Below are positions 18,361-27,176 of a stretch of 55,433 bases of DNA, piece by piece. The DNA comes from an uncultured Polyangiaceae bacterium (GTDB lineage Bacteria > Desulfobacterota > Binatia > UTPRO1): contig CAZWAX010000003.1 of assembly GCA_964631985.1 (NCBI GenBank), forward strand, positions 1-55,433, written 5' to 3'. Under the pieces are notes generated by a model. It had not been told where the DNA came from. It saw nothing but the letters and a program-made list of their open reading frames with translations, and did no database searches. The translations under genes were made by a program, and so were the position numbers. How positions within the stretch are numbered: the first letter of the stretch is position 1; every line of letters begins with the position of its first letter.

Positions 18361-19682
18361 AGCATCTCGACGAACGCTCCGCTGTTGTCCTTGAGGCGCC
18401 CGAAGAAGGATACCTGGGGGCCGCCGAAGACCTCGCCTCCGATCCCGAGCCGCCAGCCATCGGCGAGATCGTAGGTGACGCGTGGCCGGAGGAAGAAATC
18501 GTTCCGCTCGAAGTAGTGGAGGCCGAGCAACTCGAAGTCGAGGGTGTCGTTCCAGAATTTCTTGTCGAGACGCAGGGACCACCCGTTCTGCACGGTATCG
18601 AGTTGTTGATTGATGATGAAGGTTTCACGTGCTGCCAGGAAGCGGGCTTGCCCGCGGACGCGGTCTGGATCGTCGAAGGCGCGGGTCGGATCGACCCGGT
18701 TGATCACCCAGCGACCGACATACTGCACGATCATGCCGACGTCGCCGGGGAGCTCTCGTTCGATTCCGAGCACATAGAAGAGAGAGGGCGTCACGCCATC
18801 CAGTCGACGGCCGTTGGGGTTGTCGGTGCAGAGATAGGCGATCTCGCCGCGCAGTCCGAGAGGGCCGTGGGTGGTGGCGAAATCGGCGCCGACCATGTGC
18901 TGGCGCGCATTGGTGAGCCGGACGTTCGCGTCGACGGTGCCCGTCGCGGCATCCTGCTCCAGCGCGGTCAGACGAACTTCCGGTAGGAGGTTGTAGCCGT
19001 AGGCGTAGGAGAAGGATGCGTCGAGCTCGCCGCCGCTGCGATCGATCTTGAAGCCCGCGATGCCGTTCTCGAGCCGAATCGTGGGTGGCCGAGTCTCGAC
19101 CCGCACGCCGGGCGGCGGCTCGGAGAGCGGGATGATGCTGGGACTCATCACGGGCAGCCAGACCGCGGTGAGACGGACCTCACGCCCAGCGAAGTAGTCG
19201 ATCTTCAGCGCCGTCGTCCCGAATCGATAGGCGCTCATGCCCTCTGGGAGGAGCAGCACGAAGTTCTTGGGGGATAGGATATCCGTCGGATTGATCTCGT
19301 CCGCCCGGCCCCACACGATGATCTGCCGACCGAGGGTGACTTCCCACGGCCCGTGCTCGATCTCGACGTAGGCTTCGCGGAGTTCGGAGACGACCTCGTC
19401 GGCGTAGCGCAGGTCACGGATCGAGGCATGCTCGGCATCCTCGTCTTCGTGGCCGACCTGCTCTGCCAGCACGCGGCTCTCGACGAACCAGCGAATGCCT
19501 TCGGCGGCCCTGCCCTGATGCTTCAGGGTCACGTTGAGCCCGGGAAAGTGCTCGCGGTCGTCGATGCCGTGGTTGGAGCTGTAGTAGTTGAGGGCGACGG
19601 AGCCACTGAGCCCGAGAGCGGCGAGATCGGTCGCCTTTGCGACGGACACCGGACCGGTCATCGCCACCAGCAGTGAGAGCAC
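18348..19682 (-). CDS. Outer-membrane beta-barrel protein (DUF1302-like), partner of LolA-like protein
   Basis: 444 aa with alternating-hydrophobicity strands and a C-terminal ...VEMLYSF (terminal Phe). The first canonical start (GTG 19682) lies inside what looks like a signal peptide, so the start is uncertain. Confidence 0.6.
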   Translation of the reverse strand: MLSLLVAMTGPVSVAKATDLAALGLSGSVALNYYSSNHGIDDREHFPGLNVTLKHQGRAAEGIRWFVESRVLAEQVGHEDEDAEHASIRDLRYADEVVSELREAYVEIEHGPWEVTLGRQIIVWGRADEINPTDILSPKNFVLLLPEGMSAYRFGTTALKIDYFAGREVRLTAVWLPVMSPSIIPLSEPPPGVRVETRPPTIRLENGIAGFKIDRSGGELDASFSYAYGYNLLPEVRLTALEQDAATGTVDANVRLTNARQHMVGADFATTHGPLGLRGEIAYLCTDNPNGRRLDGVTPSLFYVLGIERELPGDVGMIVQYVGRWVINRVDPTRAFDDPDRVRGQARFLAARETFIINQQLDTVQNGWSLRLDKKFWNDTLDFELLGLHYFERNDFFLRPRVTYDLADGWRLGIGGEVFGGPQVSFFGRLKDNSGAFVEMLYSF

Positions 19683-19721
19683 GCCGGCTCCGAGACGCGC
19701 GATGGCACGTCGCGGAATCGT

Positions 19722-20528
19722 TCAAGGCTCCTTGTCCAGATAACGCTCGCTGAACTCGTCGTCGCGGAGGCCGACCCCGACATCGAGCTTGGTGAAGACG
19801 AGCTCCGTCCGATGTCCGGTCTGGCGATTGTGCATCGTCATCTGAAATGCCTGCCACTTGCCGGTTTTGGCATCGATCTGACGAACGTCGGTTGCCGTGA
19901 AGTCCTTGAGTAAGGCGCCGCCGCGGTCCCAGTACGAGGCTTTCACGGCGACGTGGTTGTCGACGCGAATCCAGACTTTGCGCTTGCTGTATCCGCTGGT
20001 CTCGGCGACGCTGTCGGTCTTCGGCGTCGCCTCGAGCACGTAGGTGTCGGTGCCGTCGAGCGCCTCGCGCCCGACCAATTGATGGACCCAGTCGTCGACC
20101 TGGTGTCCGATGATGTCGCCGTAGGAGAAATCGGTGCCGACGAAGCTCTCCTTCTTGTTGTTGGCGACGAGGCGTCGCACCTTGCGAAGTGCCGGCAGGT
20201 AGATCCAGATGTCGTCGTCTCCAGCGGCATGCTCGACCAACAACGTCGCCGTTCCCTTCACCTCCGCGGGCGCCAGGAAACGAATGATGCGTTGACGATC
20301 GACGCCGTTGGGCAGGAGCTTGGAGAGGCCGAGCGTCGACCGTTCACGACGCGACCCCGCCTCGCTGATGAGCGTCATCGTGATCTCGGCGCGCGAGTCG
20401 ACGACCTTGTCGACGTCGAAATTTCGGCGCGCGATCTCCGCAGCGTCGGGATCCGCGGCGGCAGCGGCACATGCCAGGCCAAGCCAGAAGCACCACGTCC
20501 ACGCCCACGACAACCGGCCCGTCCCCAC
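19722..20528 (-). CDS. Outer-membrane lipoprotein-sorting (LolA-like, PF17131-type) protein
   Basis: The mature part (DPDAAEIARRNFDVDKVVDSRAEITMTL...IWIYLPALRKVRRL...FVGTDFSYGD) matches the LolA_like family as I remember it. The long Arg/Ser-rich N-terminus of ORF 19722..20993 is not credible. Start is GTG 20528 or TTG 20513, before the signal peptide WAWTWCFWLGLACAAAAA. Confidence 0.7.
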   Translation of the reverse strand: MGTGRLSWAWTWCFWLGLACAAAAADPDAAEIARRNFDVDKVVDSRAEITMTLISEAGSRRERSTLGLSKLLPNGVDRQRIIRFLAPAEVKGTATLLVEHAAGDDDIWIYLPALRKVRRLVANNKKESFVGTDFSYGDIIGHQVDDWVHQLVGREALDGTDTYVLEATPKTDSVAETSGYSKRKVWIRVDNHVAVKASYWDRGGALLKDFTATDVRQIDAKTGKWQAFQMTMHNRQTGHRTELVFTKLDVGVGLRDDEFSERYLDKEP

Positions 20529-20549
20529 GTTTGCGGCTGATAGCGCAAT

Positions 20550-20565
20550 TGCCGAACGTGTGCCA
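20550..20565 (-). promoter_or_regulatory. Candidate sigma-54 (-24/-12) promoter upstream of the LolA-like/OMP operon
   Basis: The minus strand reads TGGCAC-acgtt-cgGCAa with GG and GC at the consensus spacing. It is intergenic, about 11-26 nt upstream of the candidate start codons, and correctly oriented. Confidence 0.35.
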
Positions 20566-20634
20566 ACGCTTTCCGCGTTGTGGACGGCACTCGGTGAATG
20601 GGGTAGACGCACCCGGCACGAACAGGGAGGTCTG

Positions 20635-22074
20635 ATGGCGCGCGCGGTGACGCTGGGGACGATGCTGCGGGGGGGATCGGTGACGCGCGTCCTCGTGACG
20701 CTGGCCTCACTATGGTTGGCGGCATGCGCGGGCGGTGGCAAGGATCGCGACTTCTCCCTTCCGGCCGGCTCCGAGCTCGATTCCACACGGTCCGAGAAAG
20801 TGCTCGTGGTGGTCGAGGCGCACAATGAATGCGGTGGGACCGAGCCCTGCGTCACGCCTCCGTCGGGGTCGTGCCATCTGGGAGACGGGAACACGCGCGG
20901 CATCGCCTTGTACAGGCTCGGGAACACTGGGCTTCTGCTCGGCAACACCCCGTCGGGATCGCAACCGGAGCAACGCATCGCGACCGACGACAATCCGCGG
21001 CGAGTGGTCGTGCATCCGACGGACCCGACGCTGCTCTATGTGGCGACTCGCGAACGCGTGCAGGTGGTGCGGCTGCGCGCCGGAGGCGGCAGCGGTTGTA
21101 TTGCGGAATCGACCGCCGATGACGAGGTCAAGCCGGGTGCTGAAGACGCAGATCCGGTGGACATGGTGATCGATCCGACGATCGGCAACGGCATCCTCTA
21201 CGTCGCTGGTCGCGGATCTGATCGCATCGACGCGTACACGATCGCCGACGACGGAACGATCCCGTCCCTGCCGACGAGTTGCATCGTCGGCGGTAGCAAC
21301 TCGGAGTTCGCCTCCCTCACCCCGATGGGGGATGGATTCTTCGCGGCAGGCGGATCGGTTCGCATCGAGATACATCCTCGGGTTCAAGGGCAGTTCCTCG
21401 CTGAACCCGATCCGAATGCGAGCGCGACGCCCACTCCCGCACCGACAGTCTCTCCGTCCCCCGATCCCGCCCAGACGCCGGGTCCGACGGACCCGTCGCC
21501 CGCGCCGTCGACCTGCATCGATGCTCGTCTGGTGAGCACACCGCTTTCGGTCATTGGCAGCGCGATCGTGACGCAGATGTTCTTCGCGCCCTCGGCAAGC
21601 ACCCCGCTCGGCCAGCTATTCATTGCCGAGGAAGCCAGCCAGCGGATCTTCACGTTCGCGGTCAATGCCGACGGCGTGATCGACGGTGACGACAGTAGTC
21701 AAACCAAGCGCGCAGGTGTCTATCAGCGCATGCTTCGACATCAGCGTCCGGGAAACGAGATCCTCTATTCGAGCGTCTACAACGAGGGGCGCGTGGACGT
21801 CTTCCGTCTCGAGAACGGCCTCTTGCCCGACGAAACCTTCAGCCGGACCGCAGAAGATCCCAGATCCTTGCCGGTCGGCCTGGCAGTCGACGGACCGAGC
21901 GGAACGATCCTCTATGTGGCGCAAGGTGGACTCGATCGTGTCGACGGCTTTCGCATCCAGGCGGATGGTGGACTACCGGATGAGCCGGCGACCTCCACCG
22001 CGTCACCCGTCGATCCATCGGGAAATGGAATCTCGACGTTCCCGGACGACGTCGCGATCATCCTGCTGCCGTAG
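20635..22074 (+). CDS. Lipoprotein with beta-propeller (lactonase/YVTN-like) repeats and Pro/Thr/Ser linker
   Basis: ATG at 20635 after GGGAGG. Lipobox LWLAAC. Repeated ...LYVA...R(I/V)D.(F/Y).I..DG.(I/L)P blades, and a low-complexity PNASATPTPAPTVSPSPDPAQTPGPTDPSPAPS segment. Confidence 0.55.
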   Translation: MARAVTLGTMLRGGSVTRVLVTLASLWLAACAGGGKDRDFSLPAGSELDSTRSEKVLVVVEAHNECGGTEPCVTPPSGSCHLGDGNTRGIALYRLGNTGLLLGNTPSGSQPEQRIATDDNPRRVVVHPTDPTLLYVATRERVQVVRLRAGGGSGCIAESTADDEVKPGAEDADPVDMVIDPTIGNGILYVAGRGSDRIDAYTIADDGTIPSLPTSCIVGGSNSEFASLTPMGDGFFAAGGSVRIEIHPRVQGQFLAEPDPNASATPTPAPTVSPSPDPAQTPGPTDPSPAPSTCIDARLVSTPLSVIGSAIVTQMFFAPSASTPLGQLFIAEEASQRIFTFAVNADGVIDGDDSSQTKRAGVYQRMLRHQRPGNEILYSSVYNEGRVDVFRLENGLLPDETFSRTAEDPRSLPVGLAVDGPSGTILYVAQGGLDRVDGFRIQADGGLPDEPATSTASPVDPSGNGISTFPDDVAIILLP

Positions 22075-22079
22075 GCGAC

Positions 22080-23591
22080 ATGCTCGCAGCCGGCCGCCAG
22101 ATCGGACGGCGGTCATGGATGAGTGCGGCGGGGGCGCTTGGCGCCGGGATCGCTCTCGGATGGAGCTTCGTCGATTTCGAGCTCTGGTGGCTCCCCTGGT
22201 TCGCCGTCGCGCCGTTGATCGCGATCGCGGAGACGCACCCGCCACGCCAAGCGCTTCGACTCGGCTGGCTCGGGGGCGCTGCCGGCATCGCATGTGCCTT
22301 CGTCTGGCTCGTCTATGCCTTCCAGGTATTCGGAGGATTCGGCCTTCCGGTCGCCCTCGGGCTCTTCGTTCCTCCGGTCGCGTGGATGGGCCTAGAAATC
22401 GGGCTCTTCACCGGCCTCGTTGCGTGGCTCGGCCCGCTGCCGTTGGGAATGGCGGCGCCGCTCACCCTCACCGTCGTGGAGTTTTTGTTTCCGACCCTGT
22501 TCCCGTGGCGGTTGGCGCACACCCAGTATCACGTCGTCCCGCTGCTGCAGAGCGGGGAGCTCGCCGGCCCCTACCTCTTGGGGTTCGCCATGGTTTGGGT
22601 CAACGCGGGACTCGTGCGGCTCGTTCGTGATCGTGCGCCGGCGACCATTGGGGCAGCGCTTTGCCTGGTGGGGGTGTTGCTCGTGGTCGGACAGTACCGA
22701 GCGGCGGCGATCGAGACGCTCCGCGCTTCCTCTCGATCCCTGAACGTGGGTGTCGTGCAAGGGAACATTGGCGTCGAACGCAAGGGCGATCGTACCTTCT
22801 TTCGCCGCAACCTCGACGACTACCGGCGACTCTCGCACGCGTTGGCAGCGGAGGTCGACTTGCTCGTGTGGCCAGAGACAGTGGCGCAGCATCCAATTCC
22901 CACGCGTGTGCGACTGCCTTCACCGGAAGAGCACCCGTTCCCGACGCCGCCTCGGCCTTTGGTCTTCGGCGGCCTCGCCATCGGCGAAGGTCCGGAAGGT
23001 CGACGTCTCTACAACAGTGCATTCCTGGCCGACGTGGATGGGGCGATCATCGGGCGATATGACAAGCGTATTCTCGTGCCGTTCGGGGAATACCTCCCGT
23101 TCGCCAGTCGGTTCCCGTGGCTTCGGCGCCTGAGCCCGGCCACGGGTCGCTTCAGTCCGGGGGAGGAGCCGACGGTCCTGGTCACGGCCGACGGCGTGCG
23201 CCTCGGGGCGCTCATTTGTTACGAGGATGTCGTTCCGGTGCCGGCTCGTGAGGCCGTCGCGCGGGGCGCGACGTTGCTGCTCAACCTGACCAACGATGCC
23301 TGGTACGGTGCCAGCGCGGAGCCCTACCAGCACCAAGCGCTCGCGATCTGGCGCGCAGTGGAGACCCGCCGCGACTTCATTCGCTCGACCAACACGGGGC
23401 TCACCGCCGCCATCAGTGCGACCGGCGAGGTCTTGACCGAGCTCCCGATCTTCGTGGCTGAGGCTCGCAATGTCGAGGTTCGGTTGCTGGACCTTCGGAC
23501 GTTCTACGCGCGCTGGGGCGACGTCTTCGCCTGGATCGTCGTCGCGCTGTGGGCGGTCATGGCATGGCGGCGCTGGCGGCGATCATCGTAG
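22080..23591 (+). CDS. lnt: Apolipoprotein N-acyltransferase
   Basis: 503 aa. N-terminal polytopic domain plus a CN-hydrolase domain (VVQGNI, LVWPE, NSAFL, ICYE, NLTNDAWYG). Confidence 0.9.
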   Translation: MLAAGRQIGRRSWMSAAGALGAGIALGWSFVDFELWWLPWFAVAPLIAIAETHPPRQALRLGWLGGAAGIACAFVWLVYAFQVFGGFGLPVALGLFVPPVAWMGLEIGLFTGLVAWLGPLPLGMAAPLTLTVVEFLFPTLFPWRLAHTQYHVVPLLQSGELAGPYLLGFAMVWVNAGLVRLVRDRAPATIGAALCLVGVLLVVGQYRAAAIETLRASSRSLNVGVVQGNIGVERKGDRTFFRRNLDDYRRLSHALAAEVDLLVWPETVAQHPIPTRVRLPSPEEHPFPTPPRPLVFGGLAIGEGPEGRRLYNSAFLADVDGAIIGRYDKRILVPFGEYLPFASRFPWLRRLSPATGRFSPGEEPTVLVTADGVRLGALICYEDVVPVPAREAVARGATLLLNLTNDAWYGASAEPYQHQALAIWRAVETRRDFIRSTNTGLTAAISATGEVLTELPIFVAEARNVEVRLLDLRTFYARWGDVFAWIVVALWAVMAWRRWRRSS

Positions 23592-23666
23592 CCGGTTGCC
23601 GGACGACGAGACAGCTCACGATGTTGCCTTGAAAACCCCCGCGGCGTGTTCGAGGATCGGACGGGA

Positions 23667-25529
23667 ATGTACGAAGCCTTCTACGGATTGAGCGAGCCGC
23701 CGTTTCGGCTCACCCCCGATCCCCACTATCTGTACCTCAGCACCCACCATCGGGAGGCCCTCGGCCACCTGCTCTTCGGCATTCGCGAAGGCACGGGCTT
23801 CATCGCGGTCACGGGAGACATCGGTACCGGCAAGACGACACTCTTGCGAGCGCTTCTCCGCGATCTCGAGGCCAACACGATCGTTGGCTACATTTTCAAT
23901 CCCGCCCTCTCCGACCTGGAGCTGCTGCAAACCGTCAATAGCGAGTTCTCGATCCCGGCCGCCTCGACCAGCAAGAAGGAACTCGTCGACGAGTTGAACC
24001 GGTTTCTCGTGACGCAGAACATCGACGGGAAACGCGTCGTTATCATCGTCGACGGAGCGCAGAACCTACCGCCAGCGACGCTCGAGCAGCTGCGACTCCT
24101 CTCCAACCTCGAGACCGAGACCACGAAGCTGCTCCAGATCGTGCTCGTCGGACAACCGGAGTTGAAGCTGTTGCTCGGGCGACCAGAGCTGGCGCAGCTC
24201 AATCAACGCATCACGGTGCGGTGGCATCTGGAGCCCCTCGATCGTGCGGAGACGGCTCGTTATATCGCCCACCGACTCCGCATCGCCGGCGGACCAGGGA
24301 CGGGCGACATCTTCTCACCGCAGGCGCTTCGTCTACTGTATCGATACTCGGGCGGCGTGCCGCGGTTGATCAACATCGCGGCGCATCGTGCGTTGCTCGC
24401 GGGCTACACGCGCGAGCAGCGGGTCATCAGTCCCGCGCTCATGCGTCACGTGCTGGCCGAGCTGCGGACCGACGATGCCGGTCCGCACGCGCGCCGCTAC
24501 GGTTGGCTTCGGCTGGCGGGCGCAGCCGTTGCCGCGCTCGTCGTTGGACTGGTGACGGCGCTGGCGCTGTTGCGTCCTGCGACTCCACCGAATGGGGACC
24601 CGACGGAAGTGGCGGCGGTCATCGCGACACCTCCCGACGCCTCCGTACCGACTGCCGAGGCGCCGGCCGTGGCGATTCCGGAGGGGCTCGTCGCATCACC
24701 GGTCGACGCGGGGACGACGACTCCGGAACCGATGGAGGCGACGCCTGAACCGACCCCGGAGACGGTTGCCGCCGTACCCGAGGTCCCTACTCCTCCTGCG
24801 TCTGCGGCGGAGACCGCGGGTGCCGAGCCAGATGGATCCGAGGTCGCGACGGCACCCGGCACGCCTCCGCCTTCGATTACCGATGGGCCCGCGGCGTTCT
24901 GGGCCGCGTTGGCGGCCGTCGACCACCACACCGCGGCCCTCGCCGCCACTGCGAGCTTACTCGAAGCCTGGGAGGTGGACCCGCTGCGTGCGGACGAACG
25001 GAGTGGCACCCGGGTGGACCTTCAGACGATCGCGGGCCGGCGGAAGCTCGGGTATCTACCGACCAGCGGCACCTTGTCGCGACTGGCGATGATGAACGTG
25101 CCGGCGATCCTCGAGCTATCGCTCCCCGACAGCGGGCAGCGCAGGTTCGCCTTGCTCGCTGGCATTGCTGGACCGAACATCATCGTTCGCTTCGGGGAGA
25201 TGGGAACGCTCCTCACACCTCAGGACGTGGAACGGGTATGGCTCGGAGACGCGCATCTTCTCTGGCGGGACTTCGAGAATTTTTCGCCCCGGCTGGTGCC
25301 CGGGAGCGTCGGGTCCGAGGTCAAGCGACTCCAGCAATTGCTGGCGCGGGTGGGTGTCTATCCGGCCGAGCCTTCTCTGACGTACGATGCGGCGACGTCC
25401 GAGGCGATCGCGCGCTTCCAACGCTCGCGCCGCTTGATACCCGATGGTATCGTGGGTCCTTTGACCAAGATCGTGTTGTACGGAGCTCTGCCGGACTACC
25501 AGCACCCACGTCTGAGCGGGGGAACATGA
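23667..25529 (+). CDS. ExeA/GspA-like AAA ATPase with TM segment, Pro/Ala/Thr linker and C-terminal peptidoglycan-binding domain
   Basis: MYEAFYGLSEPPF start and Walker A GDIGTGKTT. Walker B reads IIVDGAQNL (Gly where DEAQ Glu is expected). TM WLRLAGAAVAALVVGLVTALALL. PG_binding_1-like LQQLLARVGVYPAEP...DGIVGPLT. Confidence 0.8.
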   Translation: MYEAFYGLSEPPFRLTPDPHYLYLSTHHREALGHLLFGIREGTGFIAVTGDIGTGKTTLLRALLRDLEANTIVGYIFNPALSDLELLQTVNSEFSIPAASTSKKELVDELNRFLVTQNIDGKRVVIIVDGAQNLPPATLEQLRLLSNLETETTKLLQIVLVGQPELKLLLGRPELAQLNQRITVRWHLEPLDRAETARYIAHRLRIAGGPGTGDIFSPQALRLLYRYSGGVPRLINIAAHRALLAGYTREQRVISPALMRHVLAELRTDDAGPHARRYGWLRLAGAAVAALVVGLVTALALLRPATPPNGDPTEVAAVIATPPDASVPTAEAPAVAIPEGLVASPVDAGTTTPEPMEATPEPTPETVAAVPEVPTPPASAAETAGAEPDGSEVATAPGTPPPSITDGPAAFWAALAAVDHHTAALAATASLLEAWEVDPLRADERSGTRVDLQTIAGRRKLGYLPTSGTLSRLAMMNVPAILELSLPDSGQRRFALLAGIAGPNIIVRFGEMGTLLTPQDVERVWLGDAHLLWRDFENFSPRLVPGSVGSEVKRLQQLLARVGVYPAEPSLTYDAATSEAIARFQRSRRLIPDGIVGPLTKIVLYGALPDYQHPRLSGGT

Positions 25530-25578
25530 ACGCGACGGAAGCGCGACATCCAGGTGGTTGGGCAACGCGGGGCTCGCG

Positions 25579-26547
25579 ATGAGCACCATTCTGGACGCAT
25601 TGCGAAAGGTCGAGCGGGAGCGAGAGCCGACGGCCGAACCGTCGCTGGCTGGACCAACCGTCTCGTCGACGGTCCGTCGCCGGCGCAGCTTCCCCATCGC
25701 GGCGATCGCCCTGTGTGCGGTCGTTGGCTTCGGCGGGGGTGCCCTGCTGAGCTGGTGGTGGCCGAGCGAAGCGCCCGTCGAGCTGGCAGCGCTCCCGGCC
25801 CCGCCCCCTCCGCCAGACATCGCCGTTCCGCGTCCGCCGCTGCGGGCGCAACCGAAGGCCCCGGCTGCTCCCCGGGAACAGCAGCCCGCGACCGCCGTCC
25901 AAGCCGAAGCACCCCCGGGAGCTCCCCCGGCCGTCGCGCCGCAAGCCCGACCGACGGAGGTCGAACCGAAGGGGGCTCTCGCTGCGAAGCCCTCAGGTCT
26001 CGCTGCAGCGGAGGGCCCACGGCCCGTCGCCGAGGAGCCTGCCACGCCAGAGAGACTGGCGGCACTCGACAAGCAAGGGTCCGCGCTCGAACCTTCGCCA
26101 TTCACTGCCCCCCGGGAGGCCGCACGTGAAGGGGGTCCGCCAAGCGCGGCTCCCAAGGCGGCTCCGGCAGTCGTCCCACCCGCGACGGTGCCGGTTCCAT
26201 CGGAGCAGATTGCCCAGGACCTGGCAGCGTTGGCTCCCAACGCGCCAGCCGCACCACCGCCGGTCGAAGCCGCCCCTGCCGAATCCGAGGCGGATCCGGC
26301 AGCACCGGCCGAGACGCTATTCGACACCGGGCGGTCGCCACCGGGCGCACCGAAGGTCGCGTTGAGCTTTCTTCAGTGGTCGCCCGAACCCGCACGGCGC
26401 TTCGCCTTCATCAGTATCGATGGGGCACCGACGCAGCGCATACACGAGGGCGAGGTCGCGGCAGGTTTGACCGTCGCCGCGATCACCCCCACGGGCGTGC
26501 AGTTCAAACGTGAAGGTACGACGTTCGTGATTCGCCCGCGCCACTAG
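25579..26547 (+). CDS. GspB/ExeB-like protein
   Basis: The ATG at 25579 gives MSTILDALRKVERE (the typical GspB start). TM IAAIALCAVVGFGGGALL, a long Ala/Pro-rich region, and a C-terminal LSFLQWSPEPARRFAFI..DG....EGE..AGLTVAAI...GV.F block as in GspB C-domains. Confidence 0.6.
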   Translation: MSTILDALRKVEREREPTAEPSLAGPTVSSTVRRRRSFPIAAIALCAVVGFGGGALLSWWWPSEAPVELAALPAPPPPPDIAVPRPPLRAQPKAPAAPREQQPATAVQAEAPPGAPPAVAPQARPTEVEPKGALAAKPSGLAAAEGPRPVAEEPATPERLAALDKQGSALEPSPFTAPREAAREGGPPSAAPKAAPAVVPPATVPVPSEQIAQDLAALAPNAPAAPPPVEAAPAESEADPAAPAETLFDTGRSPPGAPKVALSFLQWSPEPARRFAFISIDGAPTQRIHEGEVAAGLTVAAITPTGVQFKREGTTFVIRPRH

Positions 26548-26568
26548 GACGCAAGACCGATCGCCGAG

Positions 26569-27012
26569 CTATTCGGTTGCGATCTCGATGTCGACGTAGT
26601 CGGAGTCGGAGTCGCCGCTCGCGTCGGATACCTCGACCGACGCGCGAAACGTGCCGGCCTTGTCGTACTTGTGCTTCGGATTGACCTCGTTGCTGGCCGG
26701 TGATCCGTCACCGAACTCCCACTTGACCTTGCGTTCACCGACACCGCCGGAAATGTCGGCCTTCAGCTGGACTTCCAGCGGCGGTGCGCCCTCGTCGGGC
26801 TCGGCTTCCGCCCAAACCATCAAGATCTCGTCGCCCTCCTCTGCCGCTGCGGCGGCGTCGGCCGCGGGCGACGCGACCGCAACTGCGGCGGGCGCCTTGG
26901 CGGGTGATGCTGCCGGGCTCGGCGCTGTCGCCGTCTTGTTCTCGCCAGGCGTGCAGGAGGCGGCGCTCAGCACCGCAAGAGCGCCGACGCTCGTCCAGAA
27001 CGAGAATCGCAT
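26569..27012 (-). CDS. PKD-domain lipoprotein
   Basis: 147 aa with GAGGAGG RBS and signal/lipobox VLSAASC. C-terminal PLEVQLKADISGG...WEFGDGSPASNEVNPKHKYDKAGTFRASVEVSDASG is a textbook PKD repeat. Confidence 0.7.
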   Translation of the reverse strand: MRFSFWTSVGALAVLSAASCTPGENKTATAPSPAASPAKAPAAVAVASPAADAAAAAEEGDEILMVWAEAEPDEGAPPLEVQLKADISGGVGERKVKWEFGDGSPASNEVNPKHKYDKAGTFRASVEVSDASGDSDSDYVDIEIATE

Positions 27013-27176
27013 GGGTCCTCCTCGAGATCTTCAATCTAGTGGAATTGACTGCTCGGATCGTTGACGGGCGCGGATTGTCGCCAAAGGTCTGCGGGGAGTC
27101 AAGCCAGGTTTCCCGCGATTGCACACAGAAATGCTTGCGGGGTCGATGCGTTGTTTCGTTGGGCGGGGCGCTGGGA

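Noticed and set aside
19682-19724. In-frame TGA between the LolA-like ORF and the OMP ORF, considered as stop-codon readthrough or selenocysteine
   Set aside because: Being in the same frame has a one-in-three chance. No SECIS-like hairpin is evident, and each protein has its own signal peptide. Non-canonical initiation or a base error is a simpler explanation, reported separately as a start-codon question.
25116-26327. 403-aa minus-strand ORF antisense to exeA/gspB
   Set aside because: Its composition is low-complexity Ala/Gly/Ser/Arg, mirroring the Ala/Pro-rich sense-strand genes. There is no start context or motifs, and the sense-strand genes have clear family signatures.
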